Virus record (IMG/VR): IMGVR_UViG_2911005044_000001
Length of the DNA: 20,000 bases
Source of the DNA: an uncultured virus (IMG/VR IMGVR_UViG_2911005044_000001)
Lineage: Duplodnaviria > Heunggongvirae > Uroviricota > Caudoviricetes
Strand: one strand, 5' to 3'
In this document: positions 8,114 to 15,750 of the stretch, piece after piece
How positions within the stretch are numbered: the first letter of the stretch is position 1
Layout of the letters: each line of letters starts with the position of its first letter
The notes under the pieces: model-generated
Seen by the model: only the letters and a program-made list of their open reading frames with translations
What the model was told of the DNA's origin: nothing
Databases searched by the model: none
Made by a program: the position numbers and the translations under genes

Positions 8114-9355
8114 TTAAGTATTAAGTTGTAAATATTTGTGTGTAGAGTGATTCAAAACAGAAGCGTGAAAAGTGTTCAACAATTCTGGTTGACCTAATTT
8201 GCTGATTCTGGTTTCGCAAGACCTAAATAGCTCAAGGCGAGGTTTTTGCTTTGCAGTTTCTTTTTTCTCATTGTTGAGAAAACGACGAATTTGAGCTTGT
8301 AAAATCAGTTTTAACCGCACCTCGTATTCTCTTTTCTTCTGCTTTTGGTACCAGATTCTCGTTCCCGTAAAACCTGATGGATTTTTTGGGTCAAAGTATT
8401 TATCTGGAAGCTGGACGTATCGTTTTGTTGGGTCTTTTGCAATATATTTTTGTACAATTCCTAATCGGCTAACATAAACCTCGTGGACGTTTTGCAGTTG
8501 TTTGTCAGAGACAGGCTCGTACCACAAATGGAGCAGTTTCAGCGCGGTTTTCTCTTGACTTTGTGTAAGGTAATGGTCTTTGTAGATGGTATTTCGCGCC
8601 AGTTTCCAAAAGGACTTGACGTAAAATGATAGGGAAGCGGAACGAGCCTGATCGACGCCTGAAATTTCGGCGCCAGTTTGATCTGTGGCTCGTGATTTCC
8701 GCTCTATTTCCCCTGCATCATTATTTTTTTTGGGGTCTATTTTTCCTGTGTATCCTGTAAAAGTGTTACTAGTAGCGTTGCGTGACTCATAACCCTTCGT
8801 GAGTGGTAACGAACTCGCTTTAGTCTTCAACTTATCAACGCCTATTATTATATTATTTATGTAACCATTGTTACTAGTATCTGTATGAGGACAAGTTGTC
8901 GTTTTAGAATTTTTAAAAAACTGATTATCAGTAGTTTTTGATTTTTCAGTTTGAAGCTCATTTTCAGGCTTATTAACGGCTTTTACACCACCTATCAACA
9001 ATATATTTGGGTTGATAAAAAGCTCGTATCCAGAGTTGGAACCGTGCCATATCTTTTTAGTTATGATATTAGCTTCTATGAGACGTTTGAGGTGTCGTTG
9101 GATGGTTCTTGTGCTTGCTTTGGCACGTTTGGCTAGCTGTACGTTATTAGTCTTTAATGGAGGTAAATTCTGTAAATCTATGGCAGCTATACTATTTGCC
9201 TTCAGTAAGGATATAGAATAAATCTTGATGATCTCTTGAGTGGTTAAGATCATTGCCTGTCTTACATGCGAAGAGAGGTCTTTTGTGCTTGCATTATGCT
9301 GGTTAACGTAACCTTCTAAAGCATTAAATGCGGTTGAGTATTGTATGATGGCCAT
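8114..9355 (-). CDS. Winged-HTH protein, probable replication initiator/replisome organiser (413 aa)
   Basis: NNVQLAKRAKASTRTIQRHLKRLIEANIITKK wHTH, followed by a low-complexity T/S/N/K linker and a helical C-domain. It lies directly after a Cro-like gene, as phage replication initiators often do. Confidence 0.6.
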   Translation of the reverse strand: MAIIQYSTAFNALEGYVNQHNASTKDLSSHVRQAMILTTQEIIKIYSISLLKANSIAAIDLQNLPPLKTNNVQLAKRAKASTRTIQRHLKRLIEANIITKKIWHGSNSGYELFINPNILLIGGVKAVNKPENELQTEKSKTTDNQFFKNSKTTTCPHTDTSNNGYINNIIIGVDKLKTKASSLPLTKGYESRNATSNTFTGYTGKIDPKKNNDAGEIERKSRATDQTGAEISGVDQARSASLSFYVKSFWKLARNTIYKDHYLTQSQEKTALKLLHLWYEPVSDKQLQNVHEVYVSRLGIVQKYIAKDPTKRYVQLPDKYFDPKNPSGFTGTRIWYQKQKKREYEVRLKLILQAQIRRFLNNEKKETAKQKPRLELFRSCETRISKLGQPELLNTFHASVLNHSTHKYLQLNT

Positions 9356-9438
9356 TGTTGAGACAATAGCCAGTAATCAGCTTTTTTGCTGTCTGTACTG
9401 GTAATTTGAGTGAAGTGCCCGTTTAAGCATCTTAATTT

Positions 9439-9687
9439 TTAAGCCTCGTAGAATAGTATCTCTGTTCGCTTCTTAATAGAAGATCGCTTTTCTTCTTTTT
9501 CTTCAATGAGATCAAGGCACAATTCATAAATAATTTCTACACTACTGGGTCTGATAGATTGTAGTCTAAAAAACTTGGTAATCGTGGGGCGTGATAATTG
9601 TGTTTTACTTTTTATGACGTTCACGGGACTATCATAAAGCTTCTCCATCCTGAGAACCACCTTTTTGATATCTTCTGTTAGGTACAT
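9439..9687 (-). CDS. Small Cro-like HTH regulator (82 aa)
   Basis: VNVIKSKTQLSRPTITKFF has an HTH pattern, and the gene is divergent from the 231-aa regulator. Confidence 0.65.
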   Translation of the reverse strand: MYLTEDIKKVVLRMEKLYDSPVNVIKSKTQLSRPTITKFFRLQSIRPSSVEIIYELCLDLIEEKEEKRSSIKKRTEILFYEA

Positions 9688-9768
9688 TAATTAAATGTTT
9701 AGTAAATTAATTGACAACATATTGTAAATAAAATACAAATAAAACATCATTTATACTTTATTTGATGC

Positions 9769-9776
9769 CAAATATA
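9769..9776 (-). promoter_or_regulatory. Bacteroidota -7 promoter element (TATATTTG) for the leftward operon
   Basis: Plus-strand CAAATATA reads TAnnTTTG on the minus strand, ~80 bp upstream of the 9687 start, in an AT-rich divergent intergenic region. Confidence 0.6.
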
Positions 9777-9870
9777 CTTAATATTGCATTTCAATTAACA
9801 TAATAATCTAAAATAATGTTGTTTTAAAAAGAATAAAGTAAATAAAGTATTGATAAATAGATAGATATAG

Positions 9871-10566
9871 ATGAAAGAAAATCCCCAGTATGACGAGATA
9901 GATCTCAAATTTGTAAATGCAGTAGATGAAGTGATTGCTGTAAATTCGGAATTAGGTATTAAACCTAATAATGACAGCTCAATCGGTAAAGAGGTATATC
10001 CCACTAATAGAAGTATAGTTTCTGCGGTAAGAAGTAGATCGAAGCATATTCCGCATTTAGCGCTCATCAATTTTGCTAAACGTTTTAATATAGATATGAA
10101 TTATTTCTACAATGAAACCCCATTGCAATATCAGCCACCAACCATCACAAATATTACTGTAAAGAAAAACGGAATAAGTAGTACAGGAAATAATGCTACT
10201 AACATTCACGCAGGTAATGGAAAGATAAAAGGGATTAATAATGCGGAAGCTGGCTCAAAAAACACCTTAGTAGAAGTTGTCGAAGTCAATACAATGATTA
10301 ACAACTTCATTTCTCAAATAGACGGTGAACGAGTAAAACAGTTCCTGACTATTATCTCAAAAATACAAGTGGAGAGCAAATCTTCATCAAAAAAATTGGA
10401 ACGTATTTTAATAGAGAAATCAGAAGAAATAAAAGAAATGCGTATTTCATTTAAAGAAGAAATGGGTGAGCTAAGAGAAGAGCTTAAAGAAACGCGTGAG
10501 AAACTTGATATTTCTCTTAAAAGAGAAGTGGATTTATTGAGAGAGCTATTAAACGAAAGGAAATGA
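9871..10566 (+). CDS. Putative repressor: XRE-like N-domain, Asn/Gly-rich linker, C-terminal coiled coil (231 aa)
   Basis: NDSSIGKEVYPTNRSIVSAVRSRSKHIPHLALINFAKRFNIDMNYFY resembles an XRE HTH. The C-terminus is an E/K/L heptad-rich helix, and no peptidase motif is visible. Confidence 0.6.
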   Translation: MKENPQYDEIDLKFVNAVDEVIAVNSELGIKPNNDSSIGKEVYPTNRSIVSAVRSRSKHIPHLALINFAKRFNIDMNYFYNETPLQYQPPTITNITVKKNGISSTGNNATNIHAGNGKIKGINNAEAGSKNTLVEVVEVNTMINNFISQIDGERVKQFLTIISKIQVESKSSSKKLERILIEKSEEIKEMRISFKEEMGELREELKETREKLDISLKREVDLLRELLNERK

Positions 10567-10841
10567 GCTTAATTATAGAACAGAAGGATTTAAAGTCATT
10601 AGATGATTTTAGTCCAGAAGAACTTCAGTTAATTGAAATGACAAGAAATCAAAAGTTTCAATCATTGAGAATAGTAAAACGTGACGGTCGAATTGATATG
10701 ATTGAAGGAGTTGAGCGTATTGAGGACAGAACTAAAATAGTAGATATCCTTAAACAACACGATTATCAGAATATTGAAATTAAGCAAAGCGATGGCAGAA
10801 TCGTCTTGATTAACAGAACTGTAAAAACAAAGGTTAAGTAA
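10563..10841 (+). CDS. Small protein with two tandem DUF2292/YezD-like repeats (92 aa)
   Basis: KFQSLRIVKRDGRIDMIEGVERI and DYQNIEIKQSDGRIVLINRTVKT. ATGA overlap with the upstream gene. Family resemblance is by eye. Confidence 0.6.
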   Translation: MSLIIEQKDLKSLDDFSPEELQLIEMTRNQKFQSLRIVKRDGRIDMIEGVERIEDRTKIVDILKQHDYQNIEIKQSDGRIVLINRTVKTKVK

Positions 10842-10965
10842 ACCAATTAAAGCGACTGAGTATAGTCATCGGAAATACCGAAGCTATGCTAAGAGATCAT
10901 AAGGATCACTATTTCAGATTCAATTGTAACCAATAAGTAATGGAGCAATTGATAAGAAAAAAAAG

Positions 10966-11139
10966 ATGTCTAACTCAATTGCAGTAGAAGAAAAACCTAC
11001 TTTTAAGAAATATGATGCTGAATGGCTTCAAAAGTTTGATGGCTTCAAAGATTATTCAGATAAGAAAGCAGAAGAGACAATAAACCAATTAGAAGAATTT
11101 GCAAAAGTACTTTGTGAGCATCTTCAAAATAGTAGTTAA
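10966..11139 (+). CDS. Small hypothetical protein (57 aa, not in ORF track)
   Basis: MSNSIAVEEKPTFKKYDAEWLQKFDGFKDYSDKKAEETINQLEEFAKVLCEHLQNSS*. It has an A-rich leader and stops 4 bp before the recombinase ATG. Confidence 0.7.
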   Translation: MSNSIAVEEKPTFKKYDAEWLQKFDGFKDYSDKKAEETINQLEEFAKVLCEHLQNSS

Positions 11140-11143
11140 GTAT

Positions 11144-12748
11144 ATGAAAGACCAAACAATATTTGATCAGTTTGCCAAAAAAGGTAAAGGACAAAAATTA
11201 CGAACAGATGGCAAAGCTGTTATATACACAAGAGTATCTACCAAAGAACAAGCAGAGAACAACGCCAGTTTAGAAACTCAATTAAAGTACTGTAAGGATC
11301 TTGCAAATAAAAAAGGACTTGAGGTAAGTGAGTATTTTGGAGGAACCTATGAGTCAGCTAAAAGTGATGAGCGTAAGGAATTTCAAAAGATGCTTAATTA
11401 TGTAAAGCGAAGAAGTAATGTAGGCTATATCATTGTCTATTCTTACGATAGATTTTCAAGAACTGGAGCAAATGGTGCTTACATAAGTGATCAGTTAAAA
11501 AGACAAGGTATTGTCACAATATCAGCTACCCAAGAGGTCGATACTTCTACAAGTGCAGGATCATTCCAACAGAACCTTTACTATATGTTTTCTCAGTTTG
11601 ATAATGAATTGAGAAGAGATAAATCAGTGTCTGGAATGCAAGAGAAACTTCGCAAAGGACATTGGACAGGCGCATATCCGTTTGGTTACACAAATGCCAA
11701 TCCAGGAAAAGGAAAAACTCCCAAATTTGTTATTACAAAAGAAGGAAGGCTATTGAAGCAGGCTTTCTTGTGGAAAGCAAACAGCAATATGTCTCACGTT
11801 GAAATCGCAAATAAATTACAGGAGAAAGGGCTTAAAATAAATGATAAGAGATTGAGCGTTTTATTTAGAAATCCATTCTATTGTGGACTTATTGTAAATA
11901 GCCTCATACCAGGAGAAGTTATTGAAGGCAATCATCAGCCAATGATAACTAAAGATTTATTTCTTAAAATTCATAACTTATTGAATACAGGAACTGAGAC
12001 CAGAAAGTACTGCGTAGATGACGAAAACCTGCCTCTAAAAACTTTCCTGAAGTCCACAACTTGTGGGACTCCTTACACAGGGTTTATCGTAAAGAAAAAA
12101 GGGCTTTACTATTATAAAAATCGTCGTAAGGGAAGTAAGGAGAATAGAAGTGCTAAGAAACTGCATCAAGAGTTTTTAGAGCTTTTAGAGACTTACAAAC
12201 TAGAGGACAAGAAATTTGTAGCACCATTAAAAGAAATGGTCTATGACACCTTTGTTAGTATGAATGAAGAGGCTATAAAAGAAACCAAAGAACTATCAAG
12301 TGGCATAGTCGCTATTGAAATGAAGTTAGATCGTTTAGAAGAGCGCTATGTCTTTGAAGAAATAAATAAGTCTCAATATGATAGATTCAGAACTAAGTTG
12401 GTATCAGAAATTAATCAAAAAAAGAAAAATTTATCAAAACATAGCTTCGATAGTTCAAACCTTAAAAAATCAATTAATATAGCCTTGAAATATGCGCTCA
12501 ACCTACCGCTATTATGGAGTTCTGGAGATATTGAAGTAAAAAGAAAACTTCAATATATGGTCTTTCCAGACGGTTTAGGGTATGACTTCAAAAACAAGAG
12601 AGTTCAAACTTTTAGAGTAAACTCAATTTTTGCTCAAATAGCCTGTTTATCAGATAAGTTAGGAACAAATAAAAAAGGGAACTTTCAAAATAAAATTGAA
12701 AATTCCCTTTCAGTGACCTCGACAGGATTCAAACCTGTAACCTCTTGA
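11144..12748 (+). CDS. Large serine recombinase/integrase (534 aa from ATG 11144)
   Basis: AVIYTRVSTKEQ (catalytic Ser), YSYDRFSR, GAYPFGY, FRNPFYCG...GNHQPMI recombinase domain, degenerate zinc ribbon and coiled coil. ATG 11144 is preferred over TTG 11099. Confidence 0.95.
   Translation: MKDQTIFDQFAKKGKGQKLRTDGKAVIYTRVSTKEQAENNASLETQLKYCKDLANKKGLEVSEYFGGTYESAKSDERKEFQKMLNYVKRRSNVGYIIVYSYDRFSRTGANGAYISDQLKRQGIVTISATQEVDTSTSAGSFQQNLYYMFSQFDNELRRDKSVSGMQEKLRKGHWTGAYPFGYTNANPGKGKTPKFVITKEGRLLKQAFLWKANSNMSHVEIANKLQEKGLKINDKRLSVLFRNPFYCGLIVNSLIPGEVIEGNHQPMITKDLFLKIHNLLNTGTETRKYCVDDENLPLKTFLKSTTCGTPYTGFIVKKKGLYYYKNRRKGSKENRSAKKLHQEFLELLETYKLEDKKFVAPLKEMVYDTFVSMNEEAIKETKELSSGIVAIEMKLDRLEERYVFEEINKSQYDRFRTKLVSEINQKKKNLSKHSFDSSNLKKSINIALKYALNLPLLWSSGDIEVKRKLQYMVFPDGLGYDFKNKRVQTFRVNSIFAQIACLSDKLGTNKKGNFQNKIENSLSVTSTGFKPVTS
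12668..12710 (-). terminator. Intrinsic terminator downstream of the tRNA-Arg 3' end, embedded antisense in the recombinase CDS
   Basis: AAAGGGAACTTTCAA (12674-12688) / TTGAAAATTCCCTTT (12696-12710). On the minus strand the hairpin runs into a TTTTTTATTT tract. Confidence 0.7.
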
Positions 12749-12759
12749 GCCGTAATCAA
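12713..12759 (-). mobile_element. Attachment site: 3' half of tRNA-Arg(ACG), a duplicated fragment rather than a full tRNA
   Basis: Minus strand TTGA-TTACGGC-TCAA GAGGTT ACAGG-TTTGAAT-CCTGT CGAGGTCAC gives an anticodon arm (ACG), T arm and 3' acceptor strand. No D arm or 5' acceptor strand is present upstream. Confidence 0.9.
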
Positions 12760-12873
12760 TAACAGCACTTAATAGATACCACTTGTTAATTACTTAATTT
12801 TACTAGTTATCAGTGGTTTATATTTTATAATTACTAATTTTTACTATCTATTATTGATCTATTAAGTAATTTT

Positions 12874-12911
12874 TTCTGCAAATATTCTGCAAATGATTTA
12901 TATTTGCAGAA
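12874..12911 (+). promoter_or_regulatory. Putative integrase arm-type sites overlapping the integrase promoter
   Basis: TTCTGCAAAT at 12874-12883 and 12885-12894, inverted ATTTGCAGAA at 12902-12911, and -7 element TATATTTG at 12899-12906. Confidence 0.65.
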
Positions 12912-12922
12912 ACAATATAACT

Positions 12923-14167
12923 ATGAGTTATAATATATCTATTCGCCTAGATAAGAGAAGAAAGAAAGATTCAGGAACATATCCAGTAAAACTTCGTGTT
13001 TACGGAAAAGCCACTCAAAAAGAAAAATGGTACAATCTAAACATCGACTTAACTAAAACAGAGTTTGAAACCGTATGGATTAACCCTGAAAATAAAAATT
13101 TAAGAGGCACAAACAAGGATTTACGTTTAGAATTACAAGCCATCGAAAATAGAGCAAATGATGAGGCGAAAGCCATGAGTGTATTTGACTTTGAAAAATT
13201 CGAATTTAAATTTTTTAGAAAATCAAATGACAAAAATAATATTCATTACCACTTTAATCTTGCGATAGAAAAAAACATAAAGAATGAAAAAATAAGTACT
13301 GCAGAGAGTTTTAAATACACGCTTAATTCCCTTGCTCAATTTAGTGAAGAGCAAAAAAAATGCCCTATTAATAATTTAACCTTCCAATCGATCACCCCTG
13401 AATGGTTAAAGGAATACGAGAAATATATGTTAAATAAAGGCAAAAGTTTAACTACTGTCTCTATTTATTTAAGAACGCTAAGAGTAATTTTCAACAATGC
13501 CATCGAAGTAAACGATCTTAATAGTGACCACTACCCTTTTGGAAAAAACAAGTATAAAATTCCAAGAACAAGAAAAGTAAAAAAGGCTTTAAACTCAGAT
13601 CAACTTAAAACTTTATTTAAAGCTGAAGCAACAAATTACAACGAGACTAAAGCTAAAGATTTCTGGTTTTTCAGCTTTGCCTGTAATGGCATGAACATTA
13701 AAGACATTGCTCTACTGAAATACTCCGATATTAAGGATGATAGATTCACCTATTACAGAGCTAAAACGTTTGACAAAACTACCGACAAAACTAAAATCAT
13801 TATTTATTTAACAGACTTTACAAGTGGTGTCATAGAAACTTATGGCAATAAATCGAAGGAAGGTTTTGTATTTGATATTATTGAACAAAAAGATGATAGT
13901 TTAAAACGGTATAAAAAAATTAAAAACTTTACTAGATATATCAACGATCACATTAAAAGAATAGCCAAGGCAAATAATTTGCCACAAGATTTATCATCAT
14001 ATTGGGCAAGACATTCTTTTGCTACAAATGCAGTCCGTAAAGGTGCTAGTATGGAATTTATCAGCGAAGCCTTAGATCACAGTGACCTTCATGTCACGAA
14101 AAATTACTTTGCTGGCTTTGAAGATAACTCTAAAAAAGAATTTGCAAACTCGATAATGGATTTTTAA
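12923..14167 (+). CDS. Tyrosine integrase, Bacteroidota type (414 aa from ATG 12923)
   Basis: N-terminal arm-binding domain (IRLDKRR...YPVKLRV), SAM-like core-binding region, and catalytic domain CNGMNIKD, RAKT, YWARHSFAT, LDHS...TKNY. Adjacent to the tRNA att fragment. Confidence 0.93.
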   Translation: MSYNISIRLDKRRKKDSGTYPVKLRVYGKATQKEKWYNLNIDLTKTEFETVWINPENKNLRGTNKDLRLELQAIENRANDEAKAMSVFDFEKFEFKFFRKSNDKNNIHYHFNLAIEKNIKNEKISTAESFKYTLNSLAQFSEEQKKCPINNLTFQSITPEWLKEYEKYMLNKGKSLTTVSIYLRTLRVIFNNAIEVNDLNSDHYPFGKNKYKIPRTRKVKKALNSDQLKTLFKAEATNYNETKAKDFWFFSFACNGMNIKDIALLKYSDIKDDRFTYYRAKTFDKTTDKTKIIIYLTDFTSGVIETYGNKSKEGFVFDIIEQKDDSLKRYKKIKNFTRYINDHIKRIAKANNLPQDLSSYWARHSFATNAVRKGASMEFISEALDHSDLHVTKNYFAGFEDNSKKEFANSIMDF

Positions 14168-14169
14168 AC

Positions 14170-15147
14170 ATGAATAACAAAGGTAAATTCCATAAATTAA
14201 TTCTGATTTTAACAGAAGTAACACCGCTTAATTTTAATATAAAAATCAATAATATCCTTACCCATCCTTATATAACTCATGATAAAATCCATTTACAACT
14301 GATTAGAGAATATTTAAATGATGATTTTTTATATCAACAAAAAGTTAAAAAGCATTTAAGCACAGAATCATCTGACAATGATGGTAAAGAACATTTAGAT
14401 ATTGAACCTTTATTTGTTATTTTATCTATTGAATTTTTCTTCTTTTCCGAAATACTAAATAACAGTGAAAAAAAAGAACTGATAATAAATTTTTTTAATT
14501 CTCTAGACTTAGAATTTATTAATTGGCATAAAGATGATAACTACATTAAAGCAATAGAATTACTAGCTAAATACAAATTAATATATCACAAAGAATTACT
14601 AGATTTAGGAAATAACTTTTTAAAGAATTTAGAGGTAATAAATGAGCTTCTCAACGTTATCAATGAACAAACATTATTATTAGATATTGAAGATACTTCT
14701 TTATCTCAAATATTGGAGAAATCAAACAAGTTCTACTTAAATAAAATGAATTATTATAAAGAAGCTCATTCAATTAATTCTAAGACAGGAGATAATAATA
14801 TAGATCCCAAAATATTACAGCTAAAAAATTTATGGTCGATGAATGCAAAAATCTCTTTAGATAGTGTTTTAAAAGCAGGAATAGACAATAAAATTTGGGA
14901 TGATAATTTAAATATTATTACCAAAAGAAATAGTATCTACGGATCCGGCAAAGCGCTTCTAAGTAGTTTATCCATTTCTTTAAAAAATCATGCATACCCA
15001 GAAATAATTGACCCAAACGTTTTAGGAGATGCATTTTGTACTGCTTTCAATGTTTCGATAGATAAAAACACTAAAGAACCCTATAAATCTTTTACAAGTG
15101 CTAATCCAAAATACACTAGAGAATTTAAAAGACTATTAAAACTCTAA
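14170..15147 (+). CDS. Hypothetical AT-rich protein (325 aa)
   Basis: Long ORF starting 2 bp after the integrase stop, with no recognisable motif. Confidence 0.75.
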   Translation: MNNKGKFHKLILILTEVTPLNFNIKINNILTHPYITHDKIHLQLIREYLNDDFLYQQKVKKHLSTESSDNDGKEHLDIEPLFVILSIEFFFFSEILNNSEKKELIINFFNSLDLEFINWHKDDNYIKAIELLAKYKLIYHKELLDLGNNFLKNLEVINELLNVINEQTLLLDIEDTSLSQILEKSNKFYLNKMNYYKEAHSINSKTGDNNIDPKILQLKNLWSMNAKISLDSVLKAGIDNKIWDDNLNIITKRNSIYGSGKALLSSLSISLKNHAYPEIIDPNVLGDAFCTAFNVSIDKNTKEPYKSFTSANPKYTREFKRLLKL

Positions 15148-15264
15148 AAAAATACTTTTTCCTTAAACAGTATAAACCCAGAATAGTAGTCATCTGGATT
15201 CGCCAAAATTCCGACGAAAAAAAAATACTTACACATAACCCCTATCTAGTATAGGTTTATTGTG

Positions 15265-15294
15265 TTCGTGAAAATTCGTGAAAATTCCTAAAAG
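15265..15294 (+). repeat. 10-bp tandem repeats upstream of the xis-like gene
   Basis: TTCGTGAAAA-TTCGTGAAAA-TTCCTAAAAG, with a related TTCGCCAAAA at 15199-15208. Confidence 0.6.
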
Positions 15295-15340
15295 CAACAA
15301 TTCAGAAATTTGAGGTATCAATAATTTTAAATAAATAGTT

Positions 15341-15676
15341 ATGATACCATTCGAACAAACGCAGCAAGACGTTGCAGAGGTCAAAAAAGACCTAAAAGAA
15401 ATGAAAGCCTTACTTCTTAATAAGGCAGAACCACAAAATCTAATAGATGATCCAGTACCTATCGATAAGATAGCAAACTTAACTGGTTATAGTAAAGCTA
15501 CAATCTATGGGTATTGTCAAAAAAACCTAATCCCACATCACAAAAAATGCGGTCGTTTATTCTTCTTTAAATCCGAGATAGTAGCTTGGATCAAAGAAGG
15601 AAAGCAGAAAACTATTAAAGAGGTTGAAGCTGATGCTAATACTTTATTGTCCAACATTAAAAAATCTTCAAAGTAA
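15341..15676 (+). CDS. Excisionase-like HTH DNA-binding protein (HTH_17/AlpA type)
   Basis: PIDKIANLTGYSKATIYGYCQKNLIPHHKKCGRLFFFKSEIVAWI. Confidence 0.88.
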   Translation: MIPFEQTQQDVAEVKKDLKEMKALLLNKAEPQNLIDDPVPIDKIANLTGYSKATIYGYCQKNLIPHHKKCGRLFFFKSEIVAWIKEGKQKTIKEVEADANTLLSNIKKSSK

Positions 15677-15750
15677 TGGGCACAAAAAACACCAGTACAT
15701 CCAAAAAATTCCTTTCAATAATCGTTAGTCTAACGTTAAAATAACGAACA

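Larger units (their letters stand above)
1..12748. mobile_element. Serine-integrase element (prophage- or ICE-like), left end outside window
   Basis: Integrase at a tRNA 3' end, divergent regulator pair, replication-type gene and MTase/helicase operon. No structural or conjugation genes are visible in this window. Confidence 0.75.

Noticed and set aside
10851..10885. Hammerhead ribozyme
   Set aside because: CTGAGTA and GAAA fall within hairpins rather than at the junction, and the CUGAnGA core is not matched.
11099..11143. TTG start for the recombinase
   Set aside because: It overlaps the 57-aa gene. ATG 11144 follows that gene's stop and fits better.
12713..12790. Intact tRNA-Arg gene
   Set aside because: No D arm or 5' acceptor strand can be formed, so it is an att fragment.
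12893..12922. ATG 12893 as integrase start
   Set aside because: It lies upstream of the predicted -7 promoter box, while ATG 12923 has a typical A-rich leader.
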